Under the pieces are notes generated by a model. The model did no database searches. It had not been told where the DNA came from and saw only the letters and a list, made by a program, of their open reading frames with translations. From an uncultured bacterium (GTDB taxonomy: Bacteria; Eisenbacteria; RBG-16-71-46; CAIMUX01): a stretch of 64,000 nt of DNA. The position numbers and the translations under genes were made by a program. Positions 8,984 to 17,170 of the stretch are shown in pieces. The stretch is from assembly GCA_964371055.1 (NCBI GenBank), contig CAYJLF010000004.1:3993-67992 (forward strand), given 5' to 3'. How positions within the stretch are numbered: the stretch's first letter is position 1; each line of letters starts with the position of its first letter.

Positions 8984-11900
8984 TCAGGGAGAGAGGTAGA
9001 TGGGGCGCAGCAGCCGGCGTCCGCCGCCGGTGCAGAGCAGATAGTGGAGCCCGGGTCCCGCCAGTCCGCCCGCCGAGTTGCGGCGGTCCCAGCTCGCCTC
9101 GATCACCGTCCCCGGCCGCACCGCCGCTTCGAAGAGCCGAGCGACCCGCCCGCCGTCCAGGGCGAGGATCTCGAGCCGAAGAACCGCCTGGGGGGGAAAG
9201 TCGGCAGGGACCGTGACGCGGAAGCGGCAGCCGTCCGCCACCGGGTGAGGGAAGGGGCCCTCGACTTCCCAGGTCTCGGCATAGAGCTCCAGCGGGGCTG
9301 AGAGCTGGCTCTCGGCGCCCCCGCGGGTCTCTGCTCGGACCGACACCCGGCGAACCGTGGCGGGATCGGGCCGGTCGAGTTCCCAGACAGCCGTCGGGAT
9401 CAAGGTCTCGGTCAGGCGGAACCAGCCGCCAGGAGCGCCCTGGGCATAGAGACGGTAACCACTGACCCGCGGATCGGCGGAAGGCTCCCAGCGGAGCTCG
9501 AGGCGCGATCCATCCTGACTCCACGACGCCGCGAGGTTGGCGGGGGGATCGGGCGGCGCCAGGTCCTCGGTGTCGGTGCGGAACGATCGAAGGGGCGAGA
9601 GGGGCGAGACGCGGCCGTCGGCGGCGACGGAGCGCACCGCGAGGTGATAGTCGGTCGCTTGCTGGAGGTCCTCGATCACCCACTCGACCGAGTCGCCGGG
9701 AGCCCCCGGCTCGGGCGATTCGACTTCGGTCGCCAGGTTCCAGTTGCTGTCGGCGATGGCGGCCCGGGAGAGGCGGGTTTCGTACCGCGCCGGCACCGGC
9801 GCATCCGCGGGAACGGCCGGGTGCTCCAGGCGCATCGTCACCGAGTTGGTGCCCGCCGCCAGGACTTCGAGCACCGTGACCGCCGGCGGATCCTGAGCCG
9901 GCGGGGGCGGATCGCTCACGAACGGCTCAAGCCTCACACTCGCCGCGAGGGGCGACCACTGCCCTGCCGCGTCGGACGCCCGCACCGCGAGCCATCCCTC
10001 GGACGCCGGGACGAGGCCATCCCATCGGGCCGACATCGTCTCGCCGGCCGGGCGCGGGGTCACCTCGGCGGGAATCGGCGTGGAGGCCTCCCAGAGTGCC
10101 TCGTCTGAAATCGGAGCGTCGAAACTCATTCTTAGATCATAGATTGTGGCCACACCTTCAAGTGAATCCTCACCGGTCGCCACCCACTCCAGTCGAGCCC
10201 AGGTGTCACCCCGATCGCTCACGAGGAGTCCCGCGACGGCGGCGGGGGGCGGGTCTGGGGTGTCGGTGGTGTCCGGCGGGTCGGGGGGCGGCGCAAGCGG
10301 TTCGGTCGTCAACAGGATCGAGTTCGAGATCGGCCCGAATAGGCCCGCCGCGTCCCGCGCCCTCACGGCAAAGCCGTAGGGCGTCGAGGGGGCGAGGTCA
10401 TGGACGCGGGTGGCCTCGACCTCTCCGGGGGGGACCGGGAACGCGATCGCGGCGGTATCGACGGCGGCCCGCGACCAGTCTTCAGCACTCAGGATCAGTC
10501 TCCCCTCGAGATGCGCCACGGCGTATCCGGTGACCGCGACCCCGGTCGTCGAGTCGGCCGGTGCCGTCCACTCGAGATCGACCCAATCGGGTCCGGCCGC
10601 CAGCCGGCCGAGATCGGTGATCCGCTGCGGCGGGAGTGTGTCCGGCTCCGCCGGCGTTTCGACGACGAGCGGGGTGAGGGGCAGCACCGACCGGTGGCCG
10701 GCCGGATCGACCGCCCGGACCGCGATCCCGTACGTCCGCTGGGCCTCGAGACCGAGGACGACAAGAGACCACGGGCCTTCGGCTCCATCCGGGGCGACTT
10801 CCACTTCGCGCGTCGTGTCGGACCGGGACCACGCCTCCTCGCCGGCGATGGCGAGATCCGTGAGCACCCCCACGCGCCAGCGTGCGAGGTCGGTCGGATC
10901 GCCGCCGGCCTCGAGCGACCAGGCGATCTCGACGTCGTGAGGCCGGGCCCACAGGAGACGGAGGTCCGCGGCCGGGGACGGAGGGGTCATGTCGGGGGGT
11001 GGTGGCGGCGGCGACGCGGTCTCCGCCAGGAGAGGATTCGACAACGGCGCCAGGTTGCCGGAGTCGTCTTCCGCCCGCACGGCGAACCCATGCTGACCGA
11101 ATGCGAGTGCGACGACCCGCAGGGTGTCGGTCTTTCCCGGCTCCGAAGGGATCACGGTGGTGGCGTCGATCTCGATCGCTGCCTCCCACCGAGACTCGTG
11201 GTCGATCGCCTCTTCCGCCAGTCGGCGGACCTGGTAGCGCTCGACACGCGGATCGGCATCCGCGCGCGTCGCGATCTCCTCGTACCGGTCCGGCGGCGCG
11301 GTCCAGGCGAGGACGATCCAATCCTCGCCGGCCTCGAGCACCCGGAGATCGGTGATGGCCTCGGGCGCGAGCGTATCCGGATCGACCGGTAACGGAGGAG
11401 GATCCTCGGGGGGCGAGAGGGTGTGGAAGTGCACCGCCGGGCCCATCTCGCCGGCGACCATGGCGGCATCGAAGCCAAAGACCGCCGCGCCGTAGAGTGT
11501 GGCCGGCTCGAGGTCCAGCAGGGTCCAGGTCTCGATCGATCCGGGGGCGGCCGGGGGCGAGGGAAGGATGCGGATCGAACAGCGCGCGAGGTCGGCGACG
11601 CTCAGGAGGGAATCGCCGGCGAGCACCGCCAGGCGGTACTGCGTGCAGGATCCTCCCTCGCCGTCGTCCGGGGCCGTCCACACGAGAGTCGCCTGGGTCG
11701 AGTCGACGGCGGTCACCATCAGGTCGTCGACCGGGGCCGGCGGGCGCTGCGGCGGGGGTGGAGGCGGGACGTACGGTGCGTTCGTGCGCGCGGTGAAGGG
11801 GTTCGAGAGCCCGCCCGTCAATCCCGCGTCATCACGGGCGCGAACGCAGAACCCGTGGAGGCTGTCCGCCGGCAGCCCCTCGAAGCGGAAGAACTGGGTC

Positions 11901-14236
11901 TGCCCCGCGGGAAGGGGAGTCGGCGGCGCGTCCGGCGGCGCGAATCCCGCGGCCCAGTCCGCCTCCGTGCCGATGGCCCGGCCCGGCAAGGCCCGGATCA
12001 GATACGACAGCGCGGTCCCGCTCGATCCGTCGTCGCCGGGCGCGGTCCAGGCCAGTTCGATCCACCTCTCGCCGCGGTCATGCAGCCGGAGATCGGCGAT
12101 CGCGGCGGGCGGCGTCGTGTCGGACGGCGGCGGTGGTGGCGACAGGGTCGAGACCGAGAAGGGGTTGGAGAGGGGTCCGAGATTCCCGGCCGCGTCCACG
12201 GCGCGGACCGCCACACCGTAGGTGACGCCGGGCTGCAGGGCGTAGAGCCTGAACTCCTCCGGCGTGCCGGGATTCCCCGGCGCCGGGATCGAGCCGGAGG
12301 CCGGGGTCGCGGCGGACCACTCGCTCTCGCTCGTGATCGCTCCCCCCAGGCGATAGCGGATCCGGTAGGCGGTCGCACGCCCGGGCGGGCTTTCCTCCGC
12401 CGGCGCAGTCCAGGCCAGGTCGATCCAGCTCTGGCCGCGAGCGGTGGAGCGGACATCGGAGATGGCCGCGGGCGGACTCAGGTCCTGCACCCCCGTAGAG
12501 GTGGTGGCCACGGCCACGTTGCTGGTCCCCGGTTCCAGGCGGCCGTAGACGCGATGCTTCAGGGCGAAGTGGTAGGTCGTGTTCGCCGCGAGGCCGGTCA
12601 CGACGATCGAGACGCCCGCCCCCGGGGCCGCCGTAATCGGGTTTCCGCTCCACGCCGTCGCGTTGTTCCAGTTCGCGGCCGAGATGGGGAAGGGGGCGTA
12701 GCGCAGCTCGGCCCAGTCGATCGGCGACCAGGTCTGGTCGGGCGCGGTCCAGGCGACGCGCACGCGGTCGGATCCCTCGGTCGACGCCGTGAGGTTGCTC
12801 ACCGTCTGCCAGAATCCGAAGCGGCTGTCGCGCGCCGGGACGCTGTTGACGGCGCGGGGGTGTGGGTTCACCTCGACGAAGCCGCGGCTGAAGATCCGGG
12901 TGTAGAGGGTGTCGGGCGGGCTGCCGGTGTAGGTGTCGCGCCCGTAGGGTCCGAGCGGTTGGCCGAAGTCCCACTCGAACTCCGGCTGCCACCAGAGGCC
13001 GCACTCATCCGGCGTGTAGTTGAAGAAGCCGTCTCCGAGCAGCGACGTGCCGAGTCCCCACCGCTTGACCCGAGCCTGCTCCGCGACCGGGGCGTTGGGA
13101 GCCGGGATCACCTGCAGCAGCGTGTGATCCCATCCCTCGATCTCATCGGTTCCGTGATACCCGACCATGTCCTCGGCCCACCGATAGCCCGGTCCGAGCA
13201 TTTCGGTGTGGTCGTAGCTCATCACGCCGTAGAAACCTTCCCACCAGTCGACCCAGGGATTCCAGAGGTAGCTGCACCAGCGCTCGATTTTGATCCCCGT
13301 CACCTCGGTCCGCCATTCCGGCATCATCCGCTTCGTGGCCGTGTTGAGGATGACGAGGACACCCTCGTTCTGCAGGCGCGCCACCTCCTCGCCGAAGAGT
13401 TCGTTCATCTCCCGGTAGAGAATCGAGAGGGAGTCGGCGTCGCCGCCAGATTCGCACGAGTGGTAGACCCCTTCGGCGATCCCATCCCGGTCGGGGTCGG
13501 CCTGGGCATAGGTCTGCCAGCCGAACGAGCCGACGCAGTCGACGAGGATCTCCAGATCGAGGCCGTTGTAGGCGGCACTCCCCGGTCCCCACTTGGGCCA
13601 GATCGTGCCGCTCGTGATGAGGCGCGGCATGACGACCTGGACCAGCCACTCGACGTAGTTGAGCCCCTTGGACGATCCGTAGGTTCCCTTCGGGCAGTAG
13701 CGGGTCCAGTTCGCCGCGTAGCCGTCGGCTTCGGGGATCCGGTTGCCGTGGATGTCCCGCAGGTACCAGTCGTTCTGCTTCGCGTAGAAGAGACAGAGCT
13801 TGCCGATGCTCCACGTCGTGTCGGGGTACCACCACGTGGCGTTCTCGTTCCACTTCACGATGTTCTGGGGCATCCAGTTGTAGAAGAGTTCCACGTCGGG
13901 GTTGCGTTGGCGGACCGCCGACACGGTGTGCGGGCTGTCGCGCAGGAGAACGAGGTCGAACCACGCCAGGGTGTCGAGTTGGGCGGGGGTCATCGTCCCG
14001 ACGCTGCAGACGTACTGCGCGATCCGGGGATAGTTCTCCACGCCGCGGGTAGCCCCGGCCGGCCCTGCGAGCCCCGCGAGGGCGGCCGCGCCGAGGAGTA
14101 GAAGGGCCGCCCCGGTGAGTCCGGAACGGCCGGTGGAGGAAGGGAGAGAACGCACGAAGGGACACCTGAAAGAGGAGTGCCATGAGGAGACCGGCGGCCG
14201 GGAAGCGATAAATCGTCTAAGCCGTTGGCCGTTCAT
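8984..14236 (-). CDS. giant secreted multidomain protein (~1750 aa): signal peptide, glycoside-hydrolase-like TIM-barrel-type domain, ~12 Fn3-like repeats with Pro/Thr-rich linkers, FlgD-Ig/T9SS-like C-terminal domain
   Basis: The signal peptide h-region is 'GAALLLLGAAALAGLAG'. The ~410-aa N-domain is rich in Trp/aromatics ('NGLDLEILVDCVG', 'WNPWVDWWEGFYG'). There are repeated 'WI.LAWTAP...YG.AVRA.DAAGNLGPLSNP' units separated by PPPPP/DTT linkers. The C-terminus reads '...WDRRNSAGGLAGPGLHYLLCTGGGRRLLRPIYL'. Start is taken at ATG 14236 (AAGGG RBS), with an alternative GTG at 14155. The track ORF continues to 17080 but that part is antisense to htrA and purB. Confidence 0.8.
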   Translation of the reverse strand: MNGQRLRRFIASRPPVSSWHSSFRCPFVRSLPSSTGRSGLTGAALLLLGAAALAGLAGPAGATRGVENYPRIAQYVCSVGTMTPAQLDTLAWFDLVLLRDSPHTVSAVRQRNPDVELFYNWMPQNIVKWNENATWWYPDTTWSIGKLCLFYAKQNDWYLRDIHGNRIPEADGYAANWTRYCPKGTYGSSKGLNYVEWLVQVVMPRLITSGTIWPKWGPGSAAYNGLDLEILVDCVGSFGWQTYAQADPDRDGIAEGVYHSCESGGDADSLSILYREMNELFGEEVARLQNEGVLVILNTATKRMMPEWRTEVTGIKIERWCSYLWNPWVDWWEGFYGVMSYDHTEMLGPGYRWAEDMVGYHGTDEIEGWDHTLLQVIPAPNAPVAEQARVKRWGLGTSLLGDGFFNYTPDECGLWWQPEFEWDFGQPLGPYGRDTYTGSPPDTLYTRIFSRGFVEVNPHPRAVNSVPARDSRFGFWQTVSNLTASTEGSDRVRVAWTAPDQTWSPIDWAELRYAPFPISAANWNNATAWSGNPITAAPGAGVSIVVTGLAANTTYHFALKHRVYGRLEPGTSNVAVATTSTGVQDLSPPAAISDVRSTARGQSWIDLAWTAPAEESPPGRATAYRIRYRLGGAITSESEWSAATPASGSIPAPGNPGTPEEFRLYALQPGVTYGVAVRAVDAAGNLGPLSNPFSVSTLSPPPPPSDTTPPAAIADLRLHDRGERWIELAWTAPGDDGSSGTALSYLIRALPGRAIGTEADWAAGFAPPDAPPTPLPAGQTQFFRFEGLPADSLHGFCVRARDDAGLTGGLSNPFTARTNAPYVPPPPPPQRPPAPVDDLMVTAVDSTQATLVWTAPDDGEGGSCTQYRLAVLAGDSLLSVADLARCSIRILPSPPAAPGSIETWTLLDLEPATLYGAAVFGFDAAMVAGEMGPAVHFHTLSPPEDPPPLPVDPDTLAPEAITDLRVLEAGEDWIVLAWTAPPDRYEEIATRADADPRVERYQVRRLAEEAIDHESRWEAAIEIDATTVIPSEPGKTDTLRVVALAFGQHGFAVRAEDDSGNLAPLSNPLLAETASPPPPPPDMTPPSPAADLRLLWARPHDVEIAWSLEAGGDPTDLARWRVGVLTDLAIAGEEAWSRSDTTREVEVAPDGAEGPWSLVVLGLEAQRTYGIAVRAVDPAGHRSVLPLTPLVVETPAEPDTLPPQRITDLGRLAAGPDWVDLEWTAPADSTTGVAVTGYAVAHLEGRLILSAEDWSRAAVDTAAIAFPVPPGEVEATRVHDLAPSTPYGFAVRARDAAGLFGPISNSILLTTEPLAPPPDPPDTTDTPDPPPAAVAGLLVSDRGDTWARLEWVATGEDSLEGVATIYDLRMSFDAPISDEALWEASTPIPAEVTPRPAGETMSARWDGLVPASEGWLAVRASDAAGQWSPLAASVRLEPFVSDPPPPAQDPPAVTVLEVLAAGTNSVTMRLEHPAVPADAPVPARYETRLSRAAIADSNWNLATEVESPEPGAPGDSVEWVIEDLQQATDYHLAVRSVAADGRVSPLSPLRSFRTDTEDLAPPDPPANLAASWSQDGSRLELRWEPSADPRVSGYRLYAQGAPGGWFRLTETLIPTAVWELDRPDPATVRRVSVRAETRGGAESQLSAPLELYAETWEVEGPFPHPVADGCRFRVTVPADFPPQAVLRLEILALDGGRVARLFEAAVRPGTVIEASWDRRNSAGGLAGPGLHYLLCTGGGRRLLRPIYLSP
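9290..12800 (-). repeat. tandem array of ~12 divergent Fn3-like domain-coding repeats inside the giant gene
   Basis: The protein-level periodicity is ~95-140 aa with a conserved Trp ('LAWTAP') and a Tyr-corner ('YG.AVRA.D.AG'). Linkers are PPPP/DTT. Coordinates are approximate. Confidence 0.6.
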
Positions 14237-14473
14237 GCGGCCGGCCCTTGCGGTCCGCGGTCGGGGCTGGAACCGGGTCGCATCCTGCCGGTAGCAGTGC
14301 ATCGTGCACGCCTGGAACCGCGAATTCCGGTGCGTGGCGCCGGGCTCGCCGGGTGAGCCGCAAACGGGGATGCAATCGGGAGACAGGCCGGGTAGTCTGA
14401 AGCCCCGCGCGAGGCGGGGAGGCGGCCGGCGTCGCGGGGTGGGCCCGGGACGGCGGGCCGGGGGAAGGTCACG

Positions 14474-15811
14474 ATGCTTGGCCCAGACCGGGGCGGCCGG
14501 GGCGGATACCGACTCTCTTCGGCGGCCCTGTTCGTCCTTCTGTTTTTGGTGGGAGCCCTCGCGGGCTCGCTCTTCTTTGCGCTCACCCGGCGGGCCGCGT
14601 CCCCCGCCGGTCCGGCCGCCGTATCGGGAGAAGCGCGCGACGCCTCGGGTGAGACGATCCGGCCGGTTCGCTACGACGGGGGGGCCGAAGCGGGCCATCG
14701 CGCCGAGGGGTCGGACGGGGCTGGGACGGCAGAGCGAGAGTCCGCGGGCGATGCGACGGCCAGGATCGCCGCGGCCGACCTCGACCAGAACCGGCGGAAC
14801 GCGATCACCATGGCGGCCGAGAACGCCGGGCGGGCGGTCGTCACGGTCGGCGTCATCAAGACGAGGCTGGTGCGCGGGGCGCCGAGGGTCGCCGATCCCT
14901 TTGATCTCTTCTTCCACCGGTACCTTCCCGGGGTGGTCTACGAACAGAAGATCCCGGGCATCGGCAGTGGGATCATCGTCGATCCCGAAGGAATCGTCCT
15001 CACCAACGAGCATGTGGTGCGCGATGCCACCGAAATCCAGATCATCCTCGCGGACGGCCGCACGCTGAACGCCGAACTGATCGGGGCCGATCCGAATCTC
15101 GACCTGGCGGTGCTCCGGGTCCGGGCCGAAAACCTTCCCTCGGCCGAGCTGGGCGACTCGGATGACCTCGTGGTCGGCGAGTGGGCGATCGCGATCGGCA
15201 ATCCCTTCGGCTTCTACCTCAACGATCACCAACCGACCGTGACCGTCGGCGTGATCTCCGCGCTGCACCGCGACGTCAAGGGGGATGAGACGGCCCAGGC
15301 GATCTACAAGGACATGATCCAGACCGATGCCGCGATCAATCCAGGGAACTCGGGAGGCGCGCTGGTCAACGCGCTCGGCCAGGTGATCGGCATCAACACC
15401 TTCATCTTCACGCAAGGGGGAGGCTCGCTCGGCATCGGCTTTGCAATGCCGATCAACGCCGCCGTCCGCACGGCGCGCGAGATCATCCAGTACGGACACA
15501 CGCGACCGGTCTGGATCGGCATCTACGCGCAGCCGATCTCGCCGTGGGCGGCCCGCCGCCTCGGCCGGGAGTCGACCGAGGGACTGCTCGCCTCGCGCGT
15601 CGAGGCCGGTTCGCCGGCCGAGCGGGCCGGGATGCGCGAGATGGACATCATCCTGGAAATCAACGGCCGGCCGGTCTCCACGCCGCAGCAGGCGATGCGC
15701 ACCATCTTCGGCGCGCAGATCGGCGACCGGATCGCCTTCACCGTCGAACGCCAGGGACGGCGTCTCACGATTCCGGTGCGGATCGAGGCTGCGCCGGAGA
15801 CGGGTGGCTGA
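14474..15811 (+). CDS. htrA: HtrA/DegP-family periplasmic serine protease with N-terminal TM anchor and PDZ domain
   Basis: Trypsin-fold catalytic motifs 'TNEHVV', 'D...', 'GNSGGALVN', plus a C-terminal PDZ domain. GGGGGAAGG RBS. Confidence 0.85.
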   Translation: MLGPDRGGRGGYRLSSAALFVLLFLVGALAGSLFFALTRRAASPAGPAAVSGEARDASGETIRPVRYDGGAEAGHRAEGSDGAGTAERESAGDATARIAAADLDQNRRNAITMAAENAGRAVVTVGVIKTRLVRGAPRVADPFDLFFHRYLPGVVYEQKIPGIGSGIIVDPEGIVLTNEHVVRDATEIQIILADGRTLNAELIGADPNLDLAVLRVRAENLPSAELGDSDDLVVGEWAIAIGNPFGFYLNDHQPTVTVGVISALHRDVKGDETAQAIYKDMIQTDAAINPGNSGGALVNALGQVIGINTFIFTQGGGSLGIGFAMPINAAVRTAREIIQYGHTRPVWIGIYAQPISPWAARRLGRESTEGLLASRVEAGSPAERAGMREMDIILEINGRPVSTPQQAMRTIFGAQIGDRIAFTVERQGRRLTIPVRIEAAPETGG

Positions 15812-15832
15812 GAGGTTGGCAGGGAGGTCGAC

Positions 15833-17170
15833 TTGATCCGACGGTACACGCGGCCGGTCCTGGGCGCCTTGTTCGCCGAGGAGTCCCGGTTCGGCGTCTG
15901 GCTGGAAGTGGAGCTGGCGCACCTGGAGACGCTGGAGGAGGCCGGGATCGCGCCGGCGGGAACGGCGGCCGCCGCGCGGCGGAACGCGCGGTTCACGGTG
16001 GCGCGCATCGATGAGCTCGAGGCGACCCTGAACCACGACGTCGTCGCCTTCCTGACCGCCGTCGGGGAACACCTCGGCGAGGAAAAGGCCTGGCTGCACT
16101 GGGGCATGACGTCGTCCGACCTCACCGACACGGCGCAGGCCGTCATCCTGACGCGCGCCTGGGCGCCGCTTCGCGAGACGCTCGACGCCGTCGGTGCGCG
16201 TCTTCGCCGGCTCTCCGTGGAACACCGCGAGACCGTCTGCGTCGGCCGTACCCACGGTGTCCATGCCGAGCCGACCAGCTTCGGCCTCAAGCTCCTGGGA
16301 TGGTACGCGGAACTCGGACGCCAGCGGGCGAGACTCGGGCGTGCCTTCGCCGGGATCGCCTTCGGCAAGATCTCCGGCGCCGTCGGCACGGCCGCCCATC
16401 TCTCTCCGGTCCTCGAGGAACGGACGCTGGCGCGGCTGGGGCTTTCCGCCGAACCGGCTGCGACCCAGGTCGTGCCCCGGGATCGCCACGCGGAACTCCT
16501 CTCCGCCCTGGCGGGAGTGGGGGCGACGCTGGAGCGGTTCGCGGTCGAGATCCGCCACCTGCAACGGACCGAGGTCCGCGAGGCGGAAGAGCCGTTCGGT
16601 CGGGGACAGAAGGGATCCTCCGCCATGCCGCACAAGCGCAACCCGATCCTCTGCGAGCGGATCACGGGGCTGGCGCGGGTGCTGCGCGCGAACGCGCACG
16701 CGGCGTTCGAGAACGTCGCGCTCTGGCACGAGCGGGACATCAGCCACAGCTCGGTGGAACGGATCATCCTCCCCGACGCGCTCATCCTGGCCGACTACGT
16801 GCTCGACCGCTTCCGCTTCGTGCTGGAAGGACTCAGGATTTTCCCGGAGCGGATGCGGGCCAACCTCGAGTCGACCGGCGGTCTCGTCTACTCGCAGCGC
16901 GTGCTCCTCGAGCTGACGACCGCGCTCGGAAACCGCGAGGATGCGTACCGGATCGTGCAGTCGTGCGCGATGGCGACCTGGGAGGAGGGCGGGTCGTTCC
17001 GCGAACGCCTCGCCGGCCACCCGGAACTGGCGGGCCGTCTCGACCCGGCGATGCTCGACCGGCTCTTCGAGCCGGCGCACTACCTCCGGAACCTCGATCG
17101 GATCTACGAGAGAACCTTAGAACAGGTCTGGGAGGCGGGCGAGGTTCCGCCGGGGAGCGCACCCGCATGA
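15833..17170 (+). CDS. purB: adenylosuccinate lyase
   Basis: Fumarate-lyase signature 'GSSAMPHKRNP' and 'GMTSSD'. TTG start. Confidence 0.9.
   Translation: MIRRYTRPVLGALFAEESRFGVWLEVELAHLETLEEAGIAPAGTAAAARRNARFTVARIDELEATLNHDVVAFLTAVGEHLGEEKAWLHWGMTSSDLTDTAQAVILTRAWAPLRETLDAVGARLRRLSVEHRETVCVGRTHGVHAEPTSFGLKLLGWYAELGRQRARLGRAFAGIAFGKISGAVGTAAHLSPVLEERTLARLGLSAEPAATQVVPRDRHAELLSALAGVGATLERFAVEIRHLQRTEVREAEEPFGRGQKGSSAMPHKRNPILCERITGLARVLRANAHAAFENVALWHERDISHSSVERIILPDALILADYVLDRFRFVLEGLRIFPERMRANLESTGGLVYSQRVLLELTTALGNREDAYRIVQSCAMATWEEGGSFRERLAGHPELAGRLDPAMLDRLFEPAHYLRNLDRIYERTLEQVWEAGEVPPGSAPA

Noticed and set aside
11423-14101. 892-aa + strand ORF inside the giant gene
   Set aside because: It is antisense to the Fn3 repeat gene. 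The composition is Arg/Gly/Pro-rich with no recognisable motifs. It is a high-GC artefact.
14268-14283. sigma54-like -24/-12 motif (cTGGaAC-N-tcGCAt) upstream of htrA
   Set aside because: The GG-to-GC distance is 10 nt rather than the invariant 11. The -24 box also has a C-to-A change. A second 'ctggaaccg' copy at 14321 lacks a -12 element. Not convincing without an EBP gene nearby.
14237-17080. N-terminal ~950 codons of the 2698-aa minus-strand track ORF (would make the giant protein 8.1 kb)
   Set aside because: This part is antisense to two strongly supported + strand genes, htrA and purB. Its translation is low-complexity and Arg/Pro-rich, typical of antisense high-GC frames. A signal peptide begins only near 14236/14155. 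The open frame is a stop-codon-poor high-GC artefact.
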